Below, one piece after another: positions 10,090-19,114 of a DNA stretch of 62,959 nt; the stretch's first letter is position 1, and each line of letters starts with the position of its first letter. A model generated the notes under the pieces. It searched no databases and was not told the origin of the DNA. It saw nothing but the letters and a program-made list of their open reading frames with translations. Made by a program: the position numbers and the translations under genes. Source of the DNA: Candidatus Saccharimonadota bacterium (GTDB lineage: Bacteria; Patescibacteriota; Saccharimonadia; Saccharimonadales; JAGQNJ01); NCBI GenBank assembly GCA_036826295.1, contig DAISWO010000002.1, forward strand, positions 159,294-222,252, in the 5' to 3' direction.

Positions 10090-10710
10090 ATGTCGGAGTA
10101 TTTAAAGTTTGGCGATGTTCCTTTCGAGATCGAGCCACACCCCTTAATGCCTGAAGGGGTTGTTTTTGAACTATCTGACCGTCCAGTAATAACGTCGTGG
10201 GGAGATTTCCTACCGCCTGTCGATTTTTCAGCCGAGCAATATGAGCATGTACAAGATTTAGCCCGTGGCAATATTACGCTTTTTGATGGTTGGGAAGTTG
10301 TAGCGTTATCGAAATATCTGTCACCAAAGCTAGATTTCGATGATTCTCTGGGATGTTGGGAACTGCCACTTTCAACTAAACATGATGCCAAAGGGCAGAG
10401 TCGATACCCGCTTGTTAATCTTGCATGTCTAAATTACCGAAGCCAAGTAGCGCATCGCGCAACGCTAGAGACTTTTCGCGGAGTCCCTCTGCCAAGAAAC
10501 GAAGATCGAAACAAACACGTCGACCACCGCTGTCGGAACCAAGCCTGTTGCAGCCCTTATCACTTAGAGCTGGTAGAGCACGCAACTAATGTTCGCCGTG
10601 GGGCGATAGCAAGGAAACGCGACACTCAAAACGAACTGTTTCAAATGCCTCCCGAACAGAACCTTGCATTCGGCGAAATTAAGACGATTTTATTAGTTGA
10701 GTCAGTCTAG
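10090..10710 (+). CDS. HNH (His-Me finger) endonuclease, phage/homing type
   Basis: AHRA...HVDHRCRNQACCSPYHLELVEHATNVRR motif. Confidence 0.8.
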   Translation: MSEYLKFGDVPFEIEPHPLMPEGVVFELSDRPVITSWGDFLPPVDFSAEQYEHVQDLARGNITLFDGWEVVALSKYLSPKLDFDDSLGCWELPLSTKHDAKGQSRYPLVNLACLNYRSQVAHRATLETFRGVPLPRNEDRNKHVDHRCRNQACCSPYHLELVEHATNVRRGAIARKRDTQNELFQMPPEQNLAFGEIKTILLVESV

Positions 10711-11831
10711 ACAACCAGTCGTCTGGCTTCTTCTGCCAGCTCTATAGCATTTTGCCCAAACAACTCCGCTTGACCTAGCACTTCCTCGGCGTGTTGCTCT
10801 AAAATCCTTACTTCATCAGCTCTTTTACCGGCCACAGCCAACATATTTTTTTTGATTTCATCAATAAGGAACCGTTTTCGAACCGTCAACTGACGCGCAT
10901 CTTTTTCAAAAAGTGTGAAATTCTCTCCCACTTCTGTCCTATTATCTAGTTTTTTTCGTAAACCTTTGGCATGCGAGCGAATTCGACTCCGTGCCGCAGT
11001 TATATTTCTGTCGTCGGCATTGAATTGCGTGATAAACCGCCAAAGCTCTAGGACTACCAGCTGATCATAAGTCTCACTTGCTTCATCAGTCCAAATACCG
11101 TGAATCTCACTGACTTGGTTGGCCACGTCGCGTTTGATTGGCTCTAGTGCTCTAGATAGTTCGATAGCCAACGAGAAAGGCAACCCACCATCATCAGTGG
11201 CGGCTCTAATATCGTCTGGAAGCTCACAATACCTCAAAGCATCATTAAAACGCTCTCTGGGCAAGCCGAATCTTTTTGCAAAAGCTGTTTTTGTTAAATC
11301 TGGGTCGTATTCTTTTTCGTATAAAAACGCCTCAGCATATCCCCGTGCCGCACGATCTGGTGGCGGAGCAGAATGGGTGTTCTCGGCTGCCTGTATTGCT
11401 AGCATCTCGCCAATCGACGATACGGGGTGTATACGAGTAGGTAACGTAACATCCCAATGATCAGTGCCGTCCTCGTCAGCTATTATTTGGTAACTTAGAC
11501 GTCTAGAGTGCCCAGCTATAAGAGCAACGTAACAAAATGGGGCTTCTGGAATTGGCGTAAATTCATCAGGTGATTTATCTTCATGCCATGTTCTATTCGT
11601 AAAATCTAGGTATCCTTCGAGGTGGGATTGCTCTAGCAAAACTGCGTTAACCGGGTAAAGTAAGCCTAACGCCCGAATGCTCCTCGTTAAATCGTCTTGG
11701 CGTTCATTACGACCTACTCGTTGTTGAGCAAAAACATTAAGCGCTGCTAACGGAACTTCACGTGGACCCTCTTGAGATAAGGGGAAGGAATCCCTTATCT
11801 GTTCAAAACTATCATTATTCATCATCGCCAT
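10707..11831 (-). CDS. ParB/Srx N-terminal domain protein with central HTH
   Basis: SIRALGLLYPVN...LIAGHSRR...AAEN pattern, followed by an HTH-like segment (TKTAFAKRFG). Confidence 0.65.
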   Translation of the reverse strand: MAMMNNDSFEQIRDSFPLSQEGPREVPLAALNVFAQQRVGRNERQDDLTRSIRALGLLYPVNAVLLEQSHLEGYLDFTNRTWHEDKSPDEFTPIPEAPFCYVALIAGHSRRLSYQIIADEDGTDHWDVTLPTRIHPVSSIGEMLAIQAAENTHSAPPPDRAARGYAEAFLYEKEYDPDLTKTAFAKRFGLPRERFNDALRYCELPDDIRAATDDGGLPFSLAIELSRALEPIKRDVANQVSEIHGIWTDEASETYDQLVVLELWRFITQFNADDRNITAARSRIRSHAKGLRKKLDNRTEVGENFTLFEKDARQLTVRKRFLIDEIKKNMLAVAGKRADEVRILEQHAEEVLGQAELFGQNAIELAEEARRLVV

Positions 11832-11952
11832 AATGTTGTCGCCTATAATCGCTCCTTATAATATGTAGTCGTACTATAAATCATCATCAACAATTAAATC
11901 AACAGAGTTTTGCCGGAAAGAAAAAGTGATGTCATTTATACACTTATTAATT

Positions 11953-11990
11953 CTGGCACTCTTGACACGAGAGTGCCAGTTTCTTATAAT
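11953..11990 (+). promoter_or_regulatory. CIRCE (HrcA operator) overlapping a consensus sigma70 promoter of hsp20
   Basis: CTGGCACTC-N9-GAGTGCCAG perfect inverted repeat (11953-11979); TTGACA 11962-67, 17-nt spacer, TATAAT 11985-90. Confidence 0.9.
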
Positions 11991-12041
11991 TGAGTTGGTA
12001 GAGATACCACAATATCAATCTAAAAAATTGGGGGTAATATT

Positions 12042-12467
12042 ATGGCATTAATTCAATTTGACCCGTTTGATGATATGCGGGCATTACAAAAACAGTTTTT
12101 TGGTGACGACTATTGGTCGCCATCCACAACAACGGCTCAACTTCCTACTACAGACATCTATTCTGAAGACGACAAATCAATGATTGTCGAGGCTCATTTG
12201 CCACACTTCGAACAAAAAGATGTGGATGTTAGCGTCGACCGTGGCGTGCTAACAATTAGCGCCGAAAAACACGAAAAAGAAGAGGACAAAAAGAAAAAGT
12301 ACGTTATCCGCGAAAGCTCATCTAGCTTTTATCGCCGTGTAGCACTTCCAAAACACGCTGACGCTGATCACGTATCTGCACACTTCGACAAAGGCGTTCT
12401 AAAGGTCACGGTTCCATTCAAAGAGTTGCCAAAACCTAAAAAAGTCCAAATCAAAGCCAAAAATTAA
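12042..12467 (+). CDS. small heat-shock protein (Hsp20/alpha-crystallin)
   Basis: GVLTISAEK...RESSSSFYRRVALP...AHFDKGVLKVTVP. Confidence 0.95.
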   Translation: MALIQFDPFDDMRALQKQFFGDDYWSPSTTTAQLPTTDIYSEDDKSMIVEAHLPHFEQKDVDVSVDRGVLTISAEKHEKEEDKKKKYVIRESSSSFYRRVALPKHADADHVSAHFDKGVLKVTVPFKELPKPKKVQIKAKN

Positions 12468-12551
12468 CCAATTAGCTTTTGCTGGTCAAGTGGCGTAGCA
12501 TTATCACTAATATGATAGTGGTAATGCTAAATTGTTGTATTTTTATACAGG

Positions 12552-13139
12552 TTGGAATCAATAGTGACTAAACGGCAAAAGAAAAAACTAATTCAACTTA
12601 TCGTAGGTAGTTTGTTGCTCCTCGGATCATTTTTATACTCAAAGTACCAACCCGTTGCGCAAGCGCCGGTTACTCAGGCAGGTTACTATAATGTTTCTAG
12701 GTTTGATGATGGAGACACTATTGTTGTAGACATGAACGGCGTGGACGAAAAAATCCGTTTTATTGGCGTAGACACGCCAGAGACCCACGACCCGAGAAAA
12801 CCAGTGCAGTGTTTTGGAAAAGCAGCATCCGAGTTTACAAAAAACTTAATTGGAAACAATCCTGTACGCCTAGAATCAGACCCAACTAACACCAATCGAG
12901 ACAGGTACAACAGGCTACTTCGCTATGTGTACTTACCGGACGGAACACTTGTTAACCTCGAGATAATCAAACAAGGATACGGGTTTGCATATCTTAGCTT
13001 TCCAGTCCAAAAAGCCGAAGAGTTTAGATTGGCGCAAAAAACTGCTCGAGAGAACGAAAAAGGCCTTTGGTCAGCTTGTGATCCAGAAAAAAATGAATAT
13101 GGTGGATTCTCGTCACCGCCCGAGAAAACTAATCTATAA
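12552..13139 (+). CDS. thermonuclease (SNase-like), N-terminally anchored
   Basis: DDGDTI, IRFIGVDTPE, DRYNRLLRYV, LVNLEIIKQG. Confidence 0.92.
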   Translation: MESIVTKRQKKKLIQLIVGSLLLLGSFLYSKYQPVAQAPVTQAGYYNVSRFDDGDTIVVDMNGVDEKIRFIGVDTPETHDPRKPVQCFGKAASEFTKNLIGNNPVRLESDPTNTNRDRYNRLLRYVYLPDGTLVNLEIIKQGYGFAYLSFPVQKAEEFRLAQKTARENEKGLWSACDPEKNEYGGFSSPPEKTNL

Positions 13140-13146
13140 TGTCATC

Positions 13147-13416
13147 ATGAGCATAAATCCTGAGAAAAACTTAAAAGTCCGAGCAATCTTATATGTTATC
13201 GGGGTCGGCGGATTAATCCATTTAACTAGCCTGCTTATTCTAGCCATTTCTAAACAAGATCTAAATTATTTTAACCCTCTATATACTGTCGACATTGATC
13301 AACTATGGAAAGGTATAAATGATAACTACTTGATCTACGCAGGTGGCTGGATTGCTTTTGCTTTAGCAATTTTCTTCGTATATAAGATACTAGATAATGC
13401 GCATAATAAGGATTAG
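13147..13416 (+). CDS. small membrane protein
   Basis: Two TM segments; ATG at 13147 lies 6 nt after TATAAT. Confidence 0.65.
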   Translation: MSINPEKNLKVRAILYVIGVGGLIHLTSLLILAISKQDLNYFNPLYTVDIDQLWKGINDNYLIYAGGWIAFALAIFFVYKILDNAHNKD

Positions 13417-14090
13417 TGTACTAGCTTAGTTTTTAACCACATTTTCGGATAATGTGACCAATTTTTAAATCTCCGATTACAAACCGAGGCCGTAAAGTTT
13501 TTGTTGAATTTTACCGGCACACCTACGAGATTAAGATGAACAGCCAAATCCATATCTTCGTGTATATCGTTTCTTAGGCAAACCGAATTTTTCACTTTTT
13601 GCCACGCACGTCTCGTTACAAACATGTTTGACCCAAATAAGGTCTGATGCCCAAAGAGTATTCTGCTACTCCAAAAATATACAACCCTATGAGACCAAAA
13701 CGTCAAAAAATGCGGGATCTTTCCGCGAAAACTACACGGCCCAGTAACGGCAACCATATCAGGTAATTCTTGCATCTGTTCCAGTATATCTTTTACCCAG
13801 TTGTGCGGAACGATCGTATCGGCATCGATCCGCGCAATAACATCACTGCTACAAGCATTAAACCCAGCATTTCTAGCGTAAACAATACCCTGATTTCTTT
13901 CCTGGATAATTTTTACATCCGCAAAACTTTTGACTATTTTCATGGAATTATCCGAACAATTATTATCTACAACTATTACCTGATTCAGATTAACAGATTG
14001 ACGCATAATAGATTCTAAGCATTTCCCAATGTGGTCTTGGTCGTTATATACTGGAATAACAATCGATAACGTTAATGCTTTACTACTCAT
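13413..14090 (-). CDS. glycosyltransferase family 2
   Basis: SIVIPVYN, VVDNNCSD, IARIDAD, HEDMDL. Confidence 0.92.
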   Translation of the reverse strand: MSSKALTLSIVIPVYNDQDHIGKCLESIMRQSVNLNQVIVVDNNCSDNSMKIVKSFADVKIIQERNQGIVYARNAGFNACSSDVIARIDADTIVPHNWVKDILEQMQELPDMVAVTGPCSFRGKIPHFLTFWSHRVVYFWSSRILFGHQTLFGSNMFVTRRAWQKVKNSVCLRNDIHEDMDLAVHLNLVGVPVKFNKNFTASVCNRRFKNWSHYPKMWLKTKLVH

Positions 14091-14110
14091 ACTGATTCGA
14101 TACTAACAAA

Positions 14111-15346
14111 ATGGCTAGAACTAACAAGAAGAAAACTAAATCCAAGAGAAAACAACGCCTTCATACGCGTGTAGTTAATCGCACCAAAGCAACAGCAAAA
14201 ATAGGCGTCAAACACCTAAAACCCCACGCAGTAAGGACAAAACACTGGTACCAACGGAGAGGTTTTTGGCAAAAAGTCGGCATCTGGATTTCTATATTAG
14301 CGATCACTCTATTATCAACAATGTATGGGATTGCGAGGTGGTACATACAAAAACACAAGAACGAACCGCTTACTATTGGTGCGACTTTTATTCCAAATTA
14401 CGCTCGGTACTATAATCTCAGCCCAGAGAACACCATGGACGCCATGATCAACGACCTAGGGATCAGACGCTTTAGATTAGTTAGCTATTGGAGCGATATT
14501 GAGAAAAAACCAGGTAAATATGATTTTAAAGAGCTGGATTGGCAGTTCGACAAGATTGAAAAGGCCGGTGGGACCATCTCGCTAGCAATTGGATTACGAC
14601 AGCCTCGTTGGCCAGAGTGTCATTGGCCAGAATGGGCTCAGAAGATGCCCAAAGCACAGTGGCAAGGTAAGTTAAAAGACGTTATGGGTAAAGTGATTGA
14701 TAGATACAAAGATCGCGGAGTATTGCAAGATTATCAGCTAGAAAACGAATACTTTCTAGAGGTTTTTGGTGACTGTCCGGACCATACCAGAGAAAGATTA
14801 GTTGACGAATTTAATTTCGTTAAAATTAAAGACCCTAGCAGACCAGTTATAGTAACGCGCAGTAACAACGCAGTGCCTAGCTGGCCGGTTGGTGAGCCAA
14901 GAGCGGATATTAATGGCGCTTCAATCTACAAACGCGTATGGGACAGAACTGTCACGAAACGATACTTTGAATATCCTCTTCCACCTTGGTTTTACGCATT
15001 CTTAGCAGGTGGAGCAGAATTAACTACTGGGACAAATACTTTCATCCACGAAATGCAGACCGAAGCCTGGCCCCCAGTGGCAATGAAAGACACAAGTATC
15101 GAAGAACAAGACAAATCAATGCCACCCGAAAAATTACGAGATCGAATAAAATACGGCATCGATACAGGAATGAGGACTATCGACCTCTGGGGTGTCGAAT
15201 GGTGGTATTGGCGAAAAGTAGAGCTCAATGACCCGAGACTATGGGACGAGGGCAAAAAAGCTATCGAAGAATTCACCACAAGCGACAAACAATGTCCAGA
15301 GTATTATCGAAATGTCCCCAACGGTCGATCAAAAAGCCCTTGCTAA
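14111..15346 (+). CDS. membrane-anchored glycoside hydrolase (clan GH-A-like TIM barrel)
   Basis: N-terminal TM; RLVSYWSDIEKKPGKYDF; YQLENE acid/base motif; HEMQTEAW nucleophile region. Confidence 0.75.
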   Translation: MARTNKKKTKSKRKQRLHTRVVNRTKATAKIGVKHLKPHAVRTKHWYQRRGFWQKVGIWISILAITLLSTMYGIARWYIQKHKNEPLTIGATFIPNYARYYNLSPENTMDAMINDLGIRRFRLVSYWSDIEKKPGKYDFKELDWQFDKIEKAGGTISLAIGLRQPRWPECHWPEWAQKMPKAQWQGKLKDVMGKVIDRYKDRGVLQDYQLENEYFLEVFGDCPDHTRERLVDEFNFVKIKDPSRPVIVTRSNNAVPSWPVGEPRADINGASIYKRVWDRTVTKRYFEYPLPPWFYAFLAGGAELTTGTNTFIHEMQTEAWPPVAMKDTSIEEQDKSMPPEKLRDRIKYGIDTGMRTIDLWGVEWWYWRKVELNDPRLWDEGKKAIEEFTTSDKQCPEYYRNVPNGRSKSPC

Positions 15347-15391
15347 AAATACTCATCTATTACATCAAATTAACAGGTGTTATAATTGAGC

Positions 15392-15551
15392 CATGCACTT
15401 GTGCTTAAAATCTAGTTTCTTCATTTCGGCGCGCAGCGAGGCGTAGAAAACTACGTTGAAGTGAGCGACGGAAGGAAAAAGTAGATTTGAAGCCAAGAAC
15501 ATCATTAATATTTCGTAGCTTGACTGCGTAATTTTGATGATGTGGTGCATG
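15392..15551 (+). ncRNA. candidate structured 5' leader RNA of smpB
   Basis: Follows extended -10 TGtTATAAT (15378-86); closing stem CATGCAC/GTGCATG plus two long internal helices. Confidence 0.45.
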
Positions 15552-15561
15552 AGGTCAAAAA

Positions 15562-16014
15562 ATGAAAAAGAAGCATAAAGCCACTGGTAAAATTGTAAAC
15601 CGCCGCGCCAAGTTTGATTATCAACTTGGCGACAGCTTTGTCGTGGGCATTGTTTTAAATGGTCGCGAAGCTAAGTCGCTGCGCCAGGGTCATGCTCATT
15701 TACGCGGCGCTTATGTGACAGTCAAGGGTGATGAGCTGTGGCTGACCAACGCCACAATCGCCAGTGGTAAAACTTTCGTTATTCCTGAGGATGAGCAAAC
15801 CCGACCTCGAAAGTTGCTGGCTCACCGCAAAGAAATCGACACCATGATCGCGGCTCGCCAACAGGGTAATACTCTGGTGCCAACTGAATTTCATACTGGC
15901 TCAAAGCACATCAAGCTGCGGGTATCGGTGGGCAAGGGCAAAAAGAAGTACGACAAGCGCCAAACTATCAAAGAGCGCGATCAGAAGCGCGAGAACGCTC
16001 GGCTAGTCCGGTAA
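15562..16014 (+). CDS. smpB: SsrA-binding protein
   Basis: NRRAKFDY, GIVLNGREAKS, RPRKLLAHRKEI, GKGKKKYDKR. Confidence 0.97.
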   Translation: MKKKHKATGKIVNRRAKFDYQLGDSFVVGIVLNGREAKSLRQGHAHLRGAYVTVKGDELWLTNATIASGKTFVIPEDEQTRPRKLLAHRKEIDTMIAARQQGNTLVPTEFHTGSKHIKLRVSVGKGKKKYDKRQTIKERDQKRENARLVR

Positions 16015-16062
16015 TGCGGTAAAAATTACTTGCAAAATCCGCAAAAAGTTCATAACTAATTA

Positions 16063-16314
16063 ATGGTTGGGCTATATAATATGGTTATGACCAAGAATAC
16101 AGAAGTCACTATTCTTAGCTTTCTGCGCAGTATGGACAGGCGTCTCGACAAAATCGACAAAACTCTTGCTGCGCACAGTAGACTGCACAGGAAACACCAA
16201 GAAATGTTCCAGCAAATTTTCGACGCTATGGCACCAGTGATGGAGGCTCAAACCGAAAATGGGATCACACTTGAAGACCACGAAGAGAGACTAATCATGG
16301 TGGAAGCCGCCTAG
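16063..16314 (+). CDS. small coiled-coil hypothetical protein
   Basis: 83-aa ORF with heptad-like pattern; true start may be 16081 or 16087. Confidence 0.5.
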   Translation: MVGLYNMVMTKNTEVTILSFLRSMDRRLDKIDKTLAAHSRLHRKHQEMFQQIFDAMAPVMEAQTENGITLEDHEERLIMVEAA

Positions 16315-16325
16315 CAACTCCTTCC

Positions 16326-16354
16326 TTGCCAACAACAGGGGAGTCCGTTATAAT
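16326..16354 (+). promoter_or_regulatory. sigma70 promoter of tRNA-Asn
   Basis: TTGCCA-N17-TATAAT. Confidence 0.7.
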
Positions 16355-16376
16355 TTCTCGCGTATCACACCAATAT

Positions 16377-16451
16377 TCCCGGGTAGCTCAATGGTGGAGC
16401 AAGAAGCTGTTAACTTCGAGGTTGCCGGTTCGAGTCCGGCCCCGGGAGCCA
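16377..16451 (+). tRNA. tRNA-Asn(GTT)
   Basis: TCCCGGG/CCCGGGA acceptor stem, D-loop TAGCTCAATGGT, anticodon loop CT-GTT-AA, GGTTCGAGTCC T-arm, encoded CCA. Confidence 0.96.
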
Positions 16452-16748
16452 ATTTTGTGAAAGAGTGCTTTCAACGAGTACCGAGAAAGGTTTCAACAGA
16501 TTGAGTTGAAGCCTTTTTTCGTTGATTTGGCAGTTCGCAAGTAGAGCCTTCAAGATTTTGTTCTTTTGGGCAGGTTGCGAACTTTGGAAGATACTGCGGG
16601 CGTTTTGGGCTAGTTCTAACAGATGTGTAGCGGTCAAAATGAAACTTTTGTCATTGTTAGTGTATTCAACGAGCCTATACTCTAATTCTTCCTTTTCTGC
16701 TTTATATTTAGTTACGTATTTGTCATAGTCAGGCGTAGTAATACGCAA
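16410..16748 (-). pseudogene. C-terminal remnant of a large serine recombinase, reading antisense into tRNA-Asn
   Basis: Helical C-terminal region ending WLPGPDSNRQPRS; in-frame TAA directly upstream, so no catalytic domain. Confidence 0.75.
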
Positions 16749-16765
16749 TTATAACCGACGAACTA

Positions 16766-17035
16766 TTGGGTAAAATAAAGCCGTCCGCAATAGTCGTTGA
16801 TATTATTGAATTGAAGAACAAAGACAAGGTTATTGAAATGGTCAAAGATGGCAAACTATTTGGCTATGGCTTTGAAGCAGAGCCTAAAACCTTCGCAGAA
16901 TACGAAGGTAATATCTGGTCAGCACCTGCCTATGCGTGGGTAACTGACGGTTCAATGAACAACTCTATGACTAAATTGGTTGAAAATATGGTCAACGCCG
17001 TTAGTGGCAATTTCCCAAATAGGGTCAACCTGTAA
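16766..17035 (+). pseudogene. probable 5'-truncated gene fragment
   Basis: TTG start with no SD; open frame begins at 16742, back-to-back with the recombinase remnant. Confidence 0.4.
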
Positions 17036-17043
17036 ACCAACAC

Positions 17044-17277
17044 TTATAAACCAGTAAAAAAGTCCGCAACGCTAACATCTAACTGCTTTGCCAATACGAA
17101 CAAGGTAGAAAGTTTTGGGCTTCTGCGACCCTGTTCAATATAGCCAATAGAAACTCTGTCCAAGTCTGACAGATACGCAAGTTTTTCTTGCGAGTAACCT
17201 TTGGCTTCACGAAGTTCTTGTATCCTGCGACCAAGTTTTATAGTGAAGGCGTCAAATGCTTTATTAGTGTATGCCAT
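17044..17277 (-). CDS. XRE-family HTH regulator (controller C-protein-like)
   Basis: LGRRIQELREAKGYSQEKLA...IGYIEQGRRSP. Confidence 0.9.
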   Translation of the reverse strand: MAYTNKAFDAFTIKLGRRIQELREAKGYSQEKLAYLSDLDRVSIGYIEQGRRSPKLSTLFVLAKQLDVSVADFFTGL

Positions 17278-17314
17278 CGTACTCTATTTTCGTTGTCAAA
17301 AGTGCCAAACACTA

Positions 17315-17389
17315 CTAACAGAGAGTTAGCAAAACTACTTATAATTTGTTATATTTGATAACAGATGGTTTGCTAACAATGTGTTAGCA
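17315..17389. promoter_or_regulatory. repeated palindromic operators between XRE gene and mod
   Basis: CTAAC-N5-GTTAG at 17315-29 and 17373-87; degenerate ATAAC-N5-GTTTG at 17358-72 directly adjacent to the second. Confidence 0.65.
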
Positions 17390-17410
17390 CATATAAGGAA
17401 GTAACAACAA

Positions 17411-19114
17411 ATGGCACAAAAAGGCAGATATACTGAATTACCGAACAAAATTGGCTTGTATAGCACTAGCAAAGGCAGTTTTATAAAGAACGACAATGAC
17501 GTTGTTTTGAGCTTTCCGTTCAAGGACGCCGTATTAGAAGCGGGTATGAGCAAGGAAGATGTGGGGCGTGATGAACGCTTTTTACATCAGGAACTAGACA
17601 GCAAGGACATTGACACACTTGAAGAACCAAAGGTGCTTACTGACTTTCGCTATGTAGGTAAGGACGGCGAAAGACCGCTAACTGCGAGTAGCGATGTTGA
17701 GTTCTTTGACGAAGACGGTAGCCTACAACAAAACCTGCTTATCAAGGGCAACAACTTGCTGGCACTATACACTTTGCGTGAGAAGTTAGCAGGTAAGGTA
17801 AAGTTCATCTACATTGACCCGCCTTACAACACACGCACAGACGCCAATACTTTTGCCTACAACAATAATTTCAATCATAGTTCGTGGCTTACCTTTATGC
17901 GTAACAGGCTGGAAGTTGCCAAAGAGTTGCTTACCGAAGACGGTGTGATTTTCATAGACATTGACCATTACGAATTGTTTTATCTTGGCGTCTTGGCTGA
18001 TGAGATTTTTGGCTATGAAAATAGGCTTGGCGTACTTGCTGTTGTCCATAACCTAAAGGGCAGATACAACGAGTTCTTTTCGCCTGCACACGAAAACAAA
18101 ATTGTATATGCCAAAAATGCCCAATACGCTAAAATCAAAGACTTCAATTTTGACAATTCAAGTAGTTACCCGCACGAAGATGAAATAAGCCGATACAAGA
18201 GCATACCATTACAGCGTAGTGGCGATGGCTCACGGCGAGCAGACCGACCAAACCTCTTTTACCCTGTTTATTACAACCTTGATACAAAAGAGGTGTCTAT
18301 AACGAAACCTGAAAACGGTGTTGAAATGCTACCGATTGACAGCAACGGTATTGAGCGAAGATGGCGTTGGGGTAGAGATACGCTGATGGAAAAATGGAAA
18401 ACCGAAACAGAAGTAAGACAAGTCAATGGCGAATACAAGATATACACCAAACTTCGCATAAAAGGCGAGCGACCAAAATCACTTTGGTTCAGACCCGAAT
18501 ACTCTGGCACAACTGGAACTGGCGACTTGAAAGATTTGATGGGCGACAAAGTTTTTAGTTACCCGAAGTCAGTAGCTATGGTCAAAGACAGCATACAAAT
18601 CAGCACAGAGCCTAACGACATTGTGCTGGACTTCTTTGGCGGTTCAGGCACTACCGCACAGGCTGTTATGGCTCAAAATGCCGAAGATGGCGGTAACCGC
18701 AAGTTTATCTTGGTTGAGCAAATGAACTATGTGAACAATGTTACTTTCAAGCGTTTAGAAAACGCCATCAAGAAGTATTACAGCGACACATCGTTTGTTT
18801 ACTTTGAGTTGAAGAAATACAACCAAGAGTACCTTGACGCCATTATGGAAGCCACAAGTATAAAGGAACTGGAAGAATTGTATGTTGATATGCGTAACAA
18901 TGCTTTCTTGAAGTTTTGGTTTGACCGTGCCGAGTTTGAAAAAGACGAAAACTTCCGAAGCAAAGATTTAGAAGGTCGCAAACAAGCACTTGCTGACATA
19001 CTAGACGAGAACCAACTTTACCTAAACTACGCCGATATGAACGATACACGTCATACAGTGTCGTCAGACGAGAAGGCACTAACGGACAAGTTCTATGGCG
19101 AAGACGAAAACTAA
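17411..19114 (+). CDS. type III R-M methyltransferase (Mod)
   Basis: NLLIKGNNL, IYIDPPY, DFFGGSGTT. Confidence 0.9.
   Translation: MAQKGRYTELPNKIGLYSTSKGSFIKNDNDVVLSFPFKDAVLEAGMSKEDVGRDERFLHQELDSKDIDTLEEPKVLTDFRYVGKDGERPLTASSDVEFFDEDGSLQQNLLIKGNNLLALYTLREKLAGKVKFIYIDPPYNTRTDANTFAYNNNFNHSSWLTFMRNRLEVAKELLTEDGVIFIDIDHYELFYLGVLADEIFGYENRLGVLAVVHNLKGRYNEFFSPAHENKIVYAKNAQYAKIKDFNFDNSSSYPHEDEISRYKSIPLQRSGDGSRRADRPNLFYPVYYNLDTKEVSITKPENGVEMLPIDSNGIERRWRWGRDTLMEKWKTETEVRQVNGEYKIYTKLRIKGERPKSLWFRPEYSGTTGTGDLKDLMGDKVFSYPKSVAMVKDSIQISTEPNDIVLDFFGGSGTTAQAVMAQNAEDGGNRKFILVEQMNYVNNVTFKRLENAIKKYYSDTSFVYFELKKYNQEYLDAIMEATSIKELEELYVDMRNNAFLKFWFDRAEFEKDENFRSKDLEGRKQALADILDENQLYLNYADMNDTRHTVSSDEKALTDKFYGEDEN

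Noticed and set aside
15392-15551. Possible tmRNA, SRP or MITE next to smpB
   Set aside because: No tRNA-like tmRNA ends, tag frame or SRP domain IV motif. Removing it at the CATG repeats does not restore an in-frame smpB start.
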